Assembly (NCBI GenBank): GCA_937944105.1
Contig: CALDZP010000033.1
Span: 2,034 to 66,033, forward strand
DNA from: an uncultured Ignavibacteria bacterium
Lineage (GTDB): Bacteria > Bacteroidota > Ignavibacteria > Ch128b
DNA length: 64,000 bases
Direction: 5' to 3'
Below are positions 10,323 through 20,537 of the stretch, piece by piece (the first letter of the stretch is position 1; every line of letters starts with the position of its first letter). The translations under genes were made by a program, and so were the position numbers. The notes beneath the pieces were generated by a model. It ran no database searches, was not told where the DNA came from, and was given only the letters and a program-made list of their open reading frames with translations.

Positions 10323-10772
10323 ATGAAAACCCTTAAAGATATTTTGGTTAATCGTCCTTTACTTGCAATTCAAAAAGATTTTACCGTTCGACAGGCAAGC
10401 GAGTATATGACAAAAAATAAAATTGGTCTTGTACCGATTCTTGATGGTGATAAACTTGTTGGCGTATTTTCAGAAAGAGATTTGATGCAAAGAGTAGTTG
10501 CTGCTGGAAAAGATCCTGATAAAACAAAAGTTGAAGAAGTGATGACGGTTGATTTAGTTGTTTCTGAAGAGAATGAAACTTACCTTGAGTGTCTTGCAAA
10601 GATGAAAACTGCCAATATTAGACACATTCTGGTTAAATCTGGTGATAAACTAATCGGGGTTGTTTCAATGCGAGATTTACTTCAAGCCGATTTAAATCTA
10701 AAAGATGAAACGATAGAAGTTCTCTATAATTACATCAATTCTAAACCAATAATAAAGCAGGGGGAAATTTAA
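10323..10772 (+). CDS. CBS-pair domain protein
   Basis: Two CBS repeats (VGVFSERDLM... / IGVVSMRDLL). GGAGGG RBS. Confidence 0.8.
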   Translation: MKTLKDILVNRPLLAIQKDFTVRQASEYMTKNKIGLVPILDGDKLVGVFSERDLMQRVVAAGKDPDKTKVEEVMTVDLVVSEENETYLECLAKMKTANIRHILVKSGDKLIGVVSMRDLLQADLNLKDETIEVLYNYINSKPIIKQGEI

Positions 10773-10791
10773 ACAAAAGAATTGTTTTTTG

Positions 10792-10807
10792 ATACTATAT
10801 ATAGTAT
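10792..10807. promoter_or_regulatory. Perfect 16-bp palindrome ATACTATATATAGTAT; candidate HicB operator overlapping the hicAB promoter
   Basis: Perfect palindrome 21 nt upstream of the hicA ATG, lying between TTGTTT (-35-like) and TATTTT (-10-like). Confidence 0.45.
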
Positions 10808-10827
10808 TTTTGTGGAGATAATTTTTA

Positions 10828-11124
10828 ATGTCTAAAATAGAAAAGTTATTAAAAAAAATATGCAATCCTGCATATAAACAAAATATTAAAAAACAGGAGC
10901 TTGAAACTATTCTTAATCATTTTTTTGAAGATCAATGGACGTTCGGAGAAATATCGGGTTCTCATAATTATAGAATTTATCATCCTTACTTCAAAAATTT
11001 TCCACATAAATTTGGTCCGGAAGGTTTTATGACTATACCTGTGTCACAAGGTCAATACATAAAGCATTTTTATGTTAAAGTTCTTTGCCGTTATATAAAA
11101 ATCATAGAGGAGTTAGAAAAGTGA
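10828..11124 (+). CDS. hicA: HicA-family mRNA interferase toxin
   Basis: GSHNYRIYHP...MTIPVSQG matches the HicA GSH...HP...TVP core. 98 aa with an N-terminal extension. Confidence 0.6.
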   Translation: MSKIEKLLKKICNPAYKQNIKKQELETILNHFFEDQWTFGEISGSHNYRIYHPYFKNFPHKFGPEGFMTIPVSQGQYIKHFYVKVLCRYIKIIEELEK

Positions 11125-11666
11125 AAAAAAATTTGGAATACTATTTGAAATTAAATTACCCGGTTGAAATAAATAAAATACCCGAAGAAGATGGTGGCGG
11201 ATATTCAGCATGTATTCCGGTTCTTGGAAGGCATGCCTTTATTGCAGATGGTGATACATTGGAAGAAGCAGTTAGGAATGTTCTTAATTTAAAGGATCAT
11301 TATATAAAAGAATTATATAAAAAGGGGATTCCTATTCCTGAACCTGAAACAACATATGATTTTGATGAAGCTAGTGGAAAATTTCTGGTTAGAATTCCAA
11401 AAGAGCTACATAGGCTTCTAATTAAGCGAGCTGAAGAAAATGGTGTAAGTTTAAACCAGTATGTTCTTTTTTTATTAACCAGGGCCTTTGAACAGGATAA
11501 AATCGAACATAAAATGCAAAGTTTTGTTGGAAAATTTGAAAATTTGTTTTATGATTTTATGGAGACGGAATATAACTTGAATTTAAAATTTGATAATACA
11601 ATTAAATTACTGGCTGATGTTCAAAAAGAAAATACTGCAAAATTAATTTATTATAAAGCGGGATAA
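11121..11666 (+). CDS. hicB: HicB-family antitoxin (HicB N-domain plus C-terminal RHH-like DNA-binding domain)
   Basis: EDGGGYSACIPVLGRHAFIADGDTLEEA is a UPF0150/HicB domain; C-terminal RIPKELHRLLIKRAEENGVSLNQYV is RHH-like. Start placed at GTG 11121 with GAGGAG RBS, overlapping the hicA stop (GTGA). The TTG at 11085 is the track's alternative start. Confidence 0.65.
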   Translation: MKKNLEYYLKLNYPVEINKIPEEDGGGYSACIPVLGRHAFIADGDTLEEAVRNVLNLKDHYIKELYKKGIPIPEPETTYDFDEASGKFLVRIPKELHRLLIKRAEENGVSLNQYVLFLLTRAFEQDKIEHKMQSFVGKFENLFYDFMETEYNLNLKFDNTIKLLADVQKENTAKLIYYKAG

Positions 11667-11668
11667 AC

Positions 11669-12103
11669 ATGAATCTAAACAAAGTAAAAATTAGCTCAGA
11701 AGAATATCAAAAAATTTTAACGGGTCTAGATTTAATTAGCATTTCATTAAAGGAAGCAAAATGTTATTTAACTTCAGACATCAAATTTCCAGGTGAATTA
11801 AATATAGAAATTAATTCAGATGAAAAGCTTAGAATTGTTAAAGAAGAGCAAGTTCAAATTATTCAAAAGTATTCTCTTGATGCACGAAAAAGAAATACTA
11901 AGTCGCGTTTTTTGCAAATTGATTTAACTCTCATGGTAACCCTCAAATCAAAGGAAAAATTCACAGAGGAATTTTTTAATGTTTATAAGGAAGTGAGCCT
12001 CAAACTAAATACCTGGCCTTATTTTAGAGAATTTGTAAATAATATTACATTAAGAATGAATATTCCCCCTTTAACTATTCCATTATTTAAAGTTAAAGTT
12101 TAA
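11669..12103 (+). CDS. Hypothetical protein, no recognisable domain
   Basis: 144 aa. Starts 2 nt after the hicB stop. No signal peptide or TM segment. Confidence 0.5.
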   Translation: MNLNKVKISSEEYQKILTGLDLISISLKEAKCYLTSDIKFPGELNIEINSDEKLRIVKEEQVQIIQKYSLDARKRNTKSRFLQIDLTLMVTLKSKEKFTEEFFNVYKEVSLKLNTWPYFREFVNNITLRMNIPPLTIPLFKVKV

Positions 12104-12106
12104 TTA

Positions 12107-12838
12107 TCACTTTATCTCAAACGATACATTTACGACTGCTGTAATTTCTTTCTCAATTGAGGATAAATCATTTATACCATAATCCGAAATCATATTAGAA
12201 AACTTTGGAGTAATTTGAAGAACTCCCATTCTAGCATTTCTAAGATTACCAAGTTTACTTCCAGTCGATTCTGCAATTTTTTTTGCTCTCATCATTGCAT
12301 CTTTTGCGGCTTCCGCTTGAATTTCTATTTTAAGTTCGCCAAGTTTTGTATAGTGATATTCTGGTGTAACCTGTTGTATATTTACACCTTCTTCGACAAG
12401 CTTCATAATCTCCATAGAAATCTTTTTTATTAAATCCACTTCTTTTGATAAGATATTGAAGTTTTGAGAATATGTATAAGCAATTACTTTATTTGTTTGA
12501 TAACCAGCTGAATTTATTTCGAAGATTGGCATTATAGTAGGAGAGAACTCTTCTAATGAATCTATACTTATACCGTATTTCAAGACAAAGTTCTTTAACT
12601 TAGGAATTTGATTGACCAATAAACGAAATGCTTCTTGTTGTGTATTGGCACTTGATGTTAATGTAACCTTTAATATACCAAGGTCGGAGACAATCAATTT
12701 TCTAGCTGAGCCGGTTACTGTAATGGTTTGATTACTTCTGGTATGATTACGCCATGTTTCACTTATGAGTAAAATTCCAAGTATGAAAAAAATCGATAAA
12801 ATTAATGATGGGACTATGTATTTGTTATCTGAAAACAT
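12107..12838 (-). CDS. SIMPL (DUF541) domain protein
   Basis: N-terminal TM/signal segment. SIMPL-like core (ITVTGSA...; KLGELKIEIQAEAAKDAMMRAKKIAESTG). AGGAGA RBS. Confidence 0.7.
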   Translation of the reverse strand: MFSDNKYIVPSLILSIFFILGILLISETWRNHTRSNQTITVTGSARKLIVSDLGILKVTLTSSANTQQEAFRLLVNQIPKLKNFVLKYGISIDSLEEFSPTIMPIFEINSAGYQTNKVIAYTYSQNFNILSKEVDLIKKISMEIMKLVEEGVNIQQVTPEYHYTKLGELKIEIQAEAAKDAMMRAKKIAESTGSKLGNLRNARMGVLQITPKFSNMISDYGINDLSSIEKEITAVVNVSFEIK

Positions 12839-12977
12839 TATGGTCTCCTTTTTTCTTCAACTTATATGATAAATTTTTTAAGTTCAAATTTATCGGGTTT
12901 AAGTGTATAAGCCTAAAAGAGTTTGTTCTGGATTGATTAGAAAGAATCAAATATTTTAGAAGAAAATGGATTAAGAA

Positions 12978-14414
12978 ATGATATCAAAAATTAACATAAC
13001 AACCAAAAGAGCACTAGCGCTCGATGCTTTGAGAGGCTTTGCAATTCTCACAATGATTTTATCCGGGCAAATTCCATTTCATACAAATACATTACCTGCA
13101 TGGATGTATCATGCTCAAGTTCCACCTCCAGAACATAAATGGATTCCAACACTACCAGGTATTACCTGGGTTGATCTTGTTTTCCCATTTTTTCTCTTTG
13201 CGATGGGCGCTGCTTTTCCACTTGCAATTTCAAGAAGGTTGGAAGAAGGAATTCCAAAATGGAAAATTTATTTATCCATATTTGAAAGAGGAATTTTACT
13301 TGGTTTTTTTGCTCTTTATGTTCAGGCAATTAGACCGTTTGTAATTAGTAAAAATCCAACGGCTGAAACATTTTTAATTTCATTAATAGCTTTTTTAATT
13401 CTTTTCCCGATTTATTCACGGTTGCCCAATAAATGGAATTTTTGGATAAAGATTCTTCTTAGATTTGTTGGCTGGTTTTCCGCAATTTTTTTGCTTTCTA
13501 ATTTGAAATATCCAGATGGTTCAGGTTTTTCATTATATAGAAGTGACATTATAATTGTTGTCTTAACAAATATGGCTGTTTTTGGTTCAATAGTCTGGCT
13601 TCTCACTCGAAATAACTTACTCGTAAGACTGGGTTTACTTGGCATTTTACTTGCCGTTAGACTCTCCAACATGCCAGTTCAAATTGAAAGTTGGGTAGCT
13701 TATATATGGAATTATTCACCTGCACCATGGATTTACAAACTTTATTATCTTCAATATTTATTTATTGTTATTCCAGGAACAATTGCGGGTGATATTTTAC
13801 TTAAATGGATAAATTCAAAAAATCAGATTGAAGAATCGAGCTGGTCAAAATTTAATTATTTCTTTATTGCATTTCTCATGTTCTTTTTTGTTTTTGAATT
13901 ATTGGTTGGATTATTTAATAGGTGGCTGATTGAGACAACGATTTTGACATTCGTACTTTTGATCCTCACTTATTTTCTATTGAACAAACCTCTCAATCAA
14001 GTTGAACAATTGTATAGAGAACTTTTTCTGTGGGCAATGTATTGGCTTATACTTGGATTATTTTTCGAGCCATTTGAGGGTGGAATTAAAAAGGATAAGG
14101 CGACTTTAAGTTATTATTTTATTACGTCAGGGCTTGCAATATGCACTTTAATATTTTTCTCAATTATTATTGATGTATTTAAAAAACAAAAATTCATAAA
14201 GCTATTGATTGAAAATGGTCAAAATCCAATGATTGCATATGCAGGTGTTAATAACTTTATTATTCCTGTGCTTTATTTAACCGGGTTAATGAGTTTGTTA
14301 AATTCAATGGCAATTACTCCGTGGTTAGGATTTTTAAAGGGTTTAATAATTACATTTTTGCTATCTCTATTTGTAAGTCTATGTACTCGTTTGAAAATAT
14401 TCTGGAGAACATAA
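12978..14414 (+). CDS. Polytopic membrane protein, HGSNAT/DUF1624/DUF5009-like acyltransferase family
   Basis: N-terminal RALALDALRGFAILTMI motif typical of this family. More than 10 predicted TM helices. Confidence 0.5.
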   Translation: MISKINITTKRALALDALRGFAILTMILSGQIPFHTNTLPAWMYHAQVPPPEHKWIPTLPGITWVDLVFPFFLFAMGAAFPLAISRRLEEGIPKWKIYLSIFERGILLGFFALYVQAIRPFVISKNPTAETFLISLIAFLILFPIYSRLPNKWNFWIKILLRFVGWFSAIFLLSNLKYPDGSGFSLYRSDIIIVVLTNMAVFGSIVWLLTRNNLLVRLGLLGILLAVRLSNMPVQIESWVAYIWNYSPAPWIYKLYYLQYLFIVIPGTIAGDILLKWINSKNQIEESSWSKFNYFFIAFLMFFFVFELLVGLFNRWLIETTILTFVLLILTYFLLNKPLNQVEQLYRELFLWAMYWLILGLFFEPFEGGIKKDKATLSYYFITSGLAICTLIFFSIIIDVFKKQKFIKLLIENGQNPMIAYAGVNNFIIPVLYLTGLMSLLNSMAITPWLGFLKGLIITFLLSLFVSLCTRLKIFWRT

Positions 14415-14507
14415 AATCACGATTTTTAGAATTTAATGAAAGTTTGTTTTTAGCATAAATATGAGTATTATGAAAAAAGTTCTAAACTAATTAAAGGAGT
14501 TATTTGT

Positions 14508-14990
14508 ATGCCTATTGGCTTAAATAAAGTTGTAACTATTCATTATACATTAAAAGATGAAAGTGGTAATTTGTTGGATTCAACTCTGGGTTCTCAACCA
14601 TTTTCTTACTTGACTGGTCATGATCAAATCATTCCAAAGCTGGAGGAAGAAATCGATACTATGTTAATTGGTGGTAAGAAAAATATTTTGATTTCTGCTG
14701 ACGAAGCTTATGGAGAATATCGTGATGATCTTGTTCATAGTGTAAAGAAAAGTAATTTTCCGGATGATGTTGATTTGGAGATTGGAATGCAATTTGTTAC
14801 TAATGCTCCAGATGGTACTCAAATGCCTTTTGTGATTAAATCTATTGATGGAGATGATGTAACAATAGATTTCAATCATCCTCTTGCAGGTAAAAACCTG
14901 GACTTTGAGATTGAGTTGATCGATGTTCGTGATGCAACAGATGAAGAACTGGCTCACGGACATATTCATGGTCCAAACAGCCATCACTGA
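14508..14990 (+). CDS. slyD: FKBP-type peptidyl-prolyl isomerase SlyD with His-rich C-terminal tail
   Basis: SlyD FKBP/IF-domain architecture and C-terminal HGHIHGPNSHH metal-binding tail. Confidence 0.85.
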   Translation: MPIGLNKVVTIHYTLKDESGNLLDSTLGSQPFSYLTGHDQIIPKLEEEIDTMLIGGKKNILISADEAYGEYRDDLVHSVKKSNFPDDVDLEIGMQFVTNAPDGTQMPFVIKSIDGDDVTIDFNHPLAGKNLDFEIELIDVRDATDEELAHGHIHGPNSHH

Positions 14991-14997
14991 AAATTTT

Positions 14998-15030
14998 AAG
15001 CTGCAGCTTATTTGGTTGCAGCTTAATTCA
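14998..15030 (+). terminator. Weak candidate terminator after slyD
   Basis: AAGCTGCA...TGCAGCTT inverted repeat. The downstream T-tract is poor. Confidence 0.3.
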
Positions 15031-15084
15031 TACCTTTGGTGTAATTTTAATTAAAATTAATTCAAAAAATCTGGTGTATTTATA

Positions 15085-16014
15085 ATGAATACAGATAACC
15101 TCAGTAATAATTTTAAGTTTGACGAAAATTTTAAAGCTGGATATGTTACGATTTTTGGTGAACCAAACGTTGGCAAATCAACTTTGATGAACGCAATTCT
15201 TAATACAAAACTTTCCATTACAACTCCAAAGCCTCAAACAACAAGAAGAAAAATTCTGGGTATTTATTCAGATAATGAAGCACAAATAGTATTTTTAGAT
15301 ACACCCGGTTTAATTGAACCTAAATATCTTCTTCAAGAAAAAATGGTGGAAGCTATTCATAATGCACTAAATGAGTGTGATTTGATACTGACAGTTGTTG
15401 ATGTATATGAAAGAACTTTAAAAAATTTAGATTCGAAATTAGTTCCAATTCTGTTACCTTTTAGTGGTAAAAAGAGAATCTTCCTAATTATTAATAAAAT
15501 TGATTTGATCACGAAGGAAAATCTTTTACAAATAATTGATTCAATTAAGGAAAAGTTTAAGTTTGATGAGATAGTTCCTTTAAGTGCATTACATCAATTT
15601 AATGTTCAAGAACTTATAAACACAATAAAAAAGTACTTACCAATTCATCCACCTTATTATCCAACAGATATTTTAAGCCAGGAGCCAGTTCGATTTTTTA
15701 TTGGTGAGATCATTCGTGAAAAGATTTTTGAGGCTTATCAAGATGAAATTCCATATTCAACGGAAGTTGTTGTTGTAGAATACAAAGAAAGGGAAAAAGG
15801 TAAAGATTACATAAATGCCGAGATTTATGTAGAAAGAGAATCTCAGAAAAAAATTATTATTGGGAAGGATGGGTTAGCTTTAAAAAGAATTGGTGAAAAA
15901 GCGAGAAAGGATATCGAAAATTTTATTGGTAAAGGAGTTTATCTGGAGCTTTATGTTAAAGTTAGAGAAAATTGGAGAGACAATCCTCGCTGGATGAAAT
16001 CTTTCGGTTATTAA
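15085..16014 (+). CDS. era: GTPase Era
   Basis: GEPNVGKST (G1) and DTPG (G3) motifs, C-terminal KH domain. 309 aa. Confidence 0.9.
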   Translation: MNTDNLSNNFKFDENFKAGYVTIFGEPNVGKSTLMNAILNTKLSITTPKPQTTRRKILGIYSDNEAQIVFLDTPGLIEPKYLLQEKMVEAIHNALNECDLILTVVDVYERTLKNLDSKLVPILLPFSGKKRIFLIINKIDLITKENLLQIIDSIKEKFKFDEIVPLSALHQFNVQELINTIKKYLPIHPPYYPTDILSQEPVRFFIGEIIREKIFEAYQDEIPYSTEVVVVEYKEREKGKDYINAEIYVERESQKKIIIGKDGLALKRIGEKARKDIENFIGKGVYLELYVKVRENWRDNPRWMKSFGY

Positions 16015-16038
16015 AATTTTAGGATAAATTTCTGTTAC

Positions 16039-16959
16039 ATGCGATTAAAAGCTGAATTGATTCTGTTCCTGATTACTTTTATTTGGGCTGGGACCTTTGT
16101 TATAATTAAACCAACATTAAGTTTTATTTCACCACTCCTTTTTGTAACCATTAGATTTTTGATTGCAACTATAGTTCTGAGTTTAATTTATAACAAAGAA
16201 CTATTAAGAATTCCTAAGCTAACCTTTAAAATGGGAACAATACTTGGTATATTCCTTTTTATAGGATTTGTTGTTCAAACTATAGGATTGAAATATACAA
16301 CCGCAACTAAATCTGCATTAATAACAGGAACATTTGTCGTTTTTACTCCTATTTTACAGGTATTTGTCGAGAGGAAACCATTAAAAACAGGAAATTTAAT
16401 CGGAGTGATACTGGTATTTACTGGGTTAATTTTTCTTTCTTCTCAACAGAATAATTTGTGGGATTTATTTATTTCAATTGGAAGTGATTTTAATATTGGT
16501 GATTTACTAACTTTAATTTGTGCTATTTTCTTTGCAGGGTATATTGTTTACCTTGATATAATCTCTGATAAAGCTGATTTTAATCATATTGTTTGGATTC
16601 AAATTTTTATCACATTAATTGGCTCTTTTATGTTAATGTTAACATTCCATACACTCGAAATTGAAAATGTTTATTTACAGATAAATGGACAGGTGATATT
16701 TACGGTTATTTATACATCGATCTTTGCAACTATTGTAACTACATTTCTTCAAACTAAATATCAGAAATACACCACTCCAACTCGTGCTGCCATAATATTT
16801 ACATCTGAACCACTTCTTGCTTCAATTTTGGCTTACTTAATTTTGAATGAAACAATTGGTATTTTTGGATTGATCGGAGGAATGTTAATAATCTCTGGAG
16901 TTCTTGCTTCTGAATTGTTTGATATTGTATTTTTATCGGGAGTTAAAAATGAAAATTAA
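16039..16959 (+). CDS. DMT-superfamily (EamA-like) transporter
   Basis: 10 TM helices arranged as two EamA-like halves. Confidence 0.7.
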   Translation: MRLKAELILFLITFIWAGTFVIIKPTLSFISPLLFVTIRFLIATIVLSLIYNKELLRIPKLTFKMGTILGIFLFIGFVVQTIGLKYTTATKSALITGTFVVFTPILQVFVERKPLKTGNLIGVILVFTGLIFLSSQQNNLWDLFISIGSDFNIGDLLTLICAIFFAGYIVYLDIISDKADFNHIVWIQIFITLIGSFMLMLTFHTLEIENVYLQINGQVIFTVIYTSIFATIVTTFLQTKYQKYTTPTRAAIIFTSEPLLASILAYLILNETIGIFGLIGGMLIISGVLASELFDIVFLSGVKNEN

Positions 16960-17428
16960 TTCTTTTATTGTGATATCTCTAATTTTTATATTAATTGCAT
17001 GCCAGGAAAAAACTGAAGTAAATGTAGAATTTGAAAAGGACGAAGTTATTCAATTTTTAAGAGATTATACCTCGTACATAAATAAAAATTCGGTACAAGG
17101 TTTTGAAAATTACTGGCAAAAATCTGCTAATGTTTCATATATTCCACTTGAAAGAGATTCAGCAATTATTGGATACGATAATATTAGAGAATATCTAAAT
17201 AATCATTTTAGTGAAATAACTAATATTGAATATTCAACATGGAATACTGATGTCTGGATCAATCCTACGAAAAGCGAAGCGGTTTTAATTTTTCTCTCTT
17301 CGAAAAATATTCAATTAAAGAACGGATTTAAATTAAATTTCTCTCCAATTCGTAATTCTGCAACACTAAGTAAATTTGAAGGAAAATGGAAACTAATTAA
17401 TCTTCATGAATCAGTAAGACAAAAATGA
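16949..17428 (+). CDS. Lipoprotein, NTF2/SnoaL-like fold (DUF4440-like)
   Basis: Start moved to ATG 16949 (GGGAG RBS). Lipobox LIAC. Track ORF 16904 is an N-terminal over-extension. Confidence 0.5.
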   Translation: MKINSFIVISLIFILIACQEKTEVNVEFEKDEVIQFLRDYTSYINKNSVQGFENYWQKSANVSYIPLERDSAIIGYDNIREYLNNHFSEITNIEYSTWNTDVWINPTKSEAVLIFLSSKNIQLKNGFKLNFSPIRNSATLSKFEGKWKLINLHESVRQK

Positions 17429-17697
17429 GAGCTCACATTATAGTAAATGGTCTGGTTCAAGGAGTTGGCTTTAGATATTTTATTTATCGAAAAGCCGTAG
17501 AACTTGACCTACGAGGATTTGTAAGAAATTTATATAATGGTGATGTTGAGATTGTTGTAGAAGGTGATAGAGATAAAATACAAATATTGATTGAGCACGC
17601 TAAAATTGGTCCACGCTCAGCGTTTGTTAAGGATGTTAAAATAGATTGGGAAGAGGATAAAAATGAATTTAGTGATTTCAGAATCAAAGGTTGGTAA
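17425..17697 (+). CDS. acyP: Acylphosphatase
   Basis: VNGLVQGVGFRYF and GFVRNLYNGDVEIVVEG signature motifs. 90 aa. Confidence 0.85.
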   Translation: MRAHIIVNGLVQGVGFRYFIYRKAVELDLRGFVRNLYNGDVEIVVEGDRDKIQILIEHAKIGPRSAFVKDVKIDWEEDKNEFSDFRIKGW

Positions 17698-17804
17698 TAA
17701 GTAATCTGAGATTAAATGTGTTTCCAGGAAGTGGTAAAATAGACTTAACTGGTCGTAAGTAAAAGATTAATGAATGACTTTTAGAAAAAATAAATTTTTA
17801 ATTT

Positions 17805-18311
17805 ATGAATTCAGAGGTTTTGACAAGTCGGATAGGAATTGGTTTTGACGTACATAAATTTTCTCAGGGAAGAAAATTAATTCTTGGAGGAGTCGAAATC
17901 CCTTCAGAAAAAGGTCTTGAAGGGCATTCCGATGCGGATGTTTTACTCCATGCAATATGTGATGCTCTTTTAGGTGCTGCTGCTCTTGGGGATATTGGTA
18001 AACATTTCCCTAATACTGATGAGAGATTTAGAAATATTTCAAGTCTTATTTTGCTTGAAAAAACAAATGAACTTCTATGTCAGAGTAATTTTTTTATTGG
18101 AAATATTGATGTTACAGTTATTGCCGAAAAGCCCAAACTTTTACCATACATAGATGAAATGAAAATGGCAATTTCAAGAATTCTAAAGATAAATCTCTCT
18201 CAGATTTCTATAAAAGCAACAACAAGCGAAAAGCTCGGCTTCACTGGCAGAGAAGAAGGAATTGCTGCCATGGCTGTTGCGTTAATCTTTAAAAAAGATT
18301 CTGTTGATTAA
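17805..18311 (+). CDS. ispF: 2-C-methyl-D-erythritol 2,4-cyclodiphosphate synthase
   Basis: IGIGFDVHKF, HSDADVLLHA and GDIGKHFP motifs. Confidence 0.9.
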   Translation: MNSEVLTSRIGIGFDVHKFSQGRKLILGGVEIPSEKGLEGHSDADVLLHAICDALLGAAALGDIGKHFPNTDERFRNISSLILLEKTNELLCQSNFFIGNIDVTVIAEKPKLLPYIDEMKMAISRILKINLSQISIKATTSEKLGFTGREEGIAAMAVALIFKKDSVD

Positions 18312-18931
18312 TGGTTGAAGAAATAATTTCATATCTTAAATACATTGATCCAGTTTTAATTTATCTTGCTGTTTTTGGAATTGCTTTTATTGAAAATATT
18401 TTTCCGCCTTTTCCAAGTGATGTAATTGTGGCATTTAGTGGTGCTCTCGCTGCAGTTACAGAAATTTCTTTGCCATTAGTTATAATTTTTGCTGTTAGTG
18501 GAAGTACAACTGGTTTTATTGTGATGTATTTTATCGGGAAAATTGCCGGTGATAAAATTTTAGAAACTGGAAAAATTAAATTTATCTCGCCTGATTCAGT
18601 TTTTAAGATTGAAAACTGGTTCAGAAAGTATGGTTATTGGTTAATTGTTGCAAATAGATTCCTCGCTGGGACTCGTGCAATTATTTCCTTTTTTGCTGGA
18701 ATGAGTGAGTTGAATTTAAGGAAAACAATTTTATTATCTGCAGTTAGTGCATTGATCTGGAATTTGATTTTAATTTTTATAGGTTTTTATGTTGGTCATA
18801 ATTTGAATAAAATAAGTGAATTTATCACAACATATAATAAGATTGTTCTTGGTATAATCGTTTTAGTATCTATCATATACATTTTTAAAATATTATCCAA
18901 AAAGAATGATAAAAATCGAAAACAAATCTGA
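18311..18931 (+). CDS. DedA/SNARE-associated family membrane protein
   Basis: Four TM helices and DedA-like conserved loops. ATG overlaps the ispF stop. Confidence 0.7.
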   Translation: MVEEIISYLKYIDPVLIYLAVFGIAFIENIFPPFPSDVIVAFSGALAAVTEISLPLVIIFAVSGSTTGFIVMYFIGKIAGDKILETGKIKFISPDSVFKIENWFRKYGYWLIVANRFLAGTRAIISFFAGMSELNLRKTILLSAVSALIWNLILIFIGFYVGHNLNKISEFITTYNKIVLGIIVLVSIIYIFKILSKKNDKNRKQI

Positions 18932-20537
18932 TTTTATTAAAAATTTATTTCTCTCATTTCTCAGTGGCATTATTCTCTCTTTAAGTTTTCCACCATTTCA
19001 AACAGGTTTTTTCTCTTTTTTCGGTCTTGTTCCGATTTTAATCTTTGTCAATCGCGCAAAAAATTATCGTGAACTTTTAATTTTTACGTATCTGAGTATG
19101 CTTATCTTTCATGCTTTCACTCTTTATTGGATTGGTGGTTGGACTTCAAAGACGGATCCCTTTATGATGATAGGTTCGGTTGCATTGATTTTAATTCATC
19201 CTGTTTTTTACTGGTTGCCGTTTATATTTTTTTTCATGATTAAAAAATATATCGGAGAAAAAACAGCATTGTTTTCGTTTCCATTTTTATGGAATTCACT
19301 TGAATATTTACGCTCGGTGGATGAAACAGCATTTCCCTGGCTTACACTTGGCAATTCACAATCTTATTATTTACCAATAATTCAAATAACCTCTATAATT
19401 GGTGTTTATGGACTTTCTTTTTTAATAGTGGTTTTTAATGTCCTTCTTTTTGTTGCTTATAAGAATTTTCGTTATGAAAGTTTTCGCTTCTCGTTAAATA
19501 AACTGGCAATTATTATAATTATATTAACTTCACTTTTTATTTATGGTAAAGTAATTTTAAATGATGCAATCTATGATGGGAAAAGATTAAGAGTTGGAAT
19601 TATTCAACCGGATTTTGATCCATGGGAAAAATGGGAAGATGATGTTAATTCACAACTTGATATTTATCTTCAACTTTCTGATAGTGCTGTTCAAAAAGGA
19701 GCAGAGTTAATTGTCTGGCCTGAAAGTGCCCTGCCTGTTTATCTCTTAAGTGGTAATTACCCTGAAGAAGTTAATCGAATTAAAAGTTTTTGTCGAGTAA
19801 ATAATATCGCAATTCTTACGGGATTGCCAATTGTTCATTTTTATTTTTCCAAAGATCAAATAAAAGGAGATAGTAAAATCTCGAAAGATTCTTCTTATTA
19901 TTATGACACTTACAACGGTGTTGTTCTTTTTCTTTCAGATTCAGATTTAATACAAGAATATGGTAAGATGAATCTTGTGCCATTTGCTGAGCGAGCTCCT
20001 TATTTACGATATCTTCCTTTTCTTGGGGATGTTATTAAATGGAGTGTTGGAATAAGTAACTGGAGTGTTTGGGATAAACAAACGATTTTTTATTTGAAAA
20101 CGAGAGATGGAGATTCAGTAAAATTTTCAGCAGCAGTTTGTTACGAGTCTATCTTCCCATCATTTAATTCTGAGTTTGTAAAAAATGGTGCACAATTTTT
20201 AGTAGTTGTTACAAATGATAGCTGGTATGGTAAAACTTCCGGACCATATCAACATAAACAATATTCAGTGTTTCGTGCTGTTGAAAACAGAAGATGGATT
20301 GTAAGATCAGCTAATGGTGGTATTAGTTGTGTTATTGATCCTTTTGGTAAAACTATTTTTCAAACAAATCTTTTTGAACGGACATATTTTGTTGAAGATA
20401 TTTACTTAAATAATGAACAAACCTATTATAGTCAATATCGAGACTTAATAAGTTATATTTCGTTAATTATTTCTGCCACTTTGATATCAATATCAATTAT
20501 TAAAAAATTTGGAGTCAGAAAAAATGAGAGTAATTGA
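18906..20537 (+). CDS. lnt: Apolipoprotein N-acyltransferase
   Basis: N-terminal polytopic domain plus a C-N hydrolase domain ([15 protein letters not shown]). Confidence 0.85.
   Translation: MIKIENKSDFIKNLFLSFLSGIILSLSFPPFQTGFFSFFGLVPILIFVNRAKNYRELLIFTYLSMLIFHAFTLYWIGGWTSKTDPFMMIGSVALILIHPVFYWLPFIFFFMIKKYIGEKTALFSFPFLWNSLEYLRSVDETAFPWLTLGNSQSYYLPIIQITSIIGVYGLSFLIVVFNVLLFVAYKNFRYESFRFSLNKLAIIIIILTSLFIYGKVILNDAIYDGKRLRVGIIQPDFDPWEKWEDDVNSQLDIYLQLSDSAVQKGAELIVWPESALPVYLLSGNYPEEVNRIKSFCRVNNIAILTGLPIVHFYFSKDQIKGDSKISKDSSYYYDTYNGVVLFLSDSDLIQEYGKMNLVPFAERAPYLRYLPFLGDVIKWSVGISNWSVWDKQTIFYLKTRDGDSVKFSAAVCYESIFPSFNSEFVKNGAQFLVVVTNDSWYGKTSGPYQHKQYSVFRAVENRRWIVRSANGGISCVIDPFGKTIFQTNLFERTYFVEDIYLNNEQTYYSQYRDLISYISLIISATLISISIIKKFGVRKNESN

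Noticed and set aside
11085-11120. Longer HicB start at 11085
   Set aside because: That start codon is TTG with no RBS. GTG at 11121 has a GAGGAG RBS and the classical 4-nt toxin-antitoxin overlap.
20509-20523. Track start of the threonine aldolase gene at 20509
   Set aside because: That start is a TTG. The in-frame ATG at 20524 has a properly spaced GGAG RBS and removes a 29-nt overlap with lnt.
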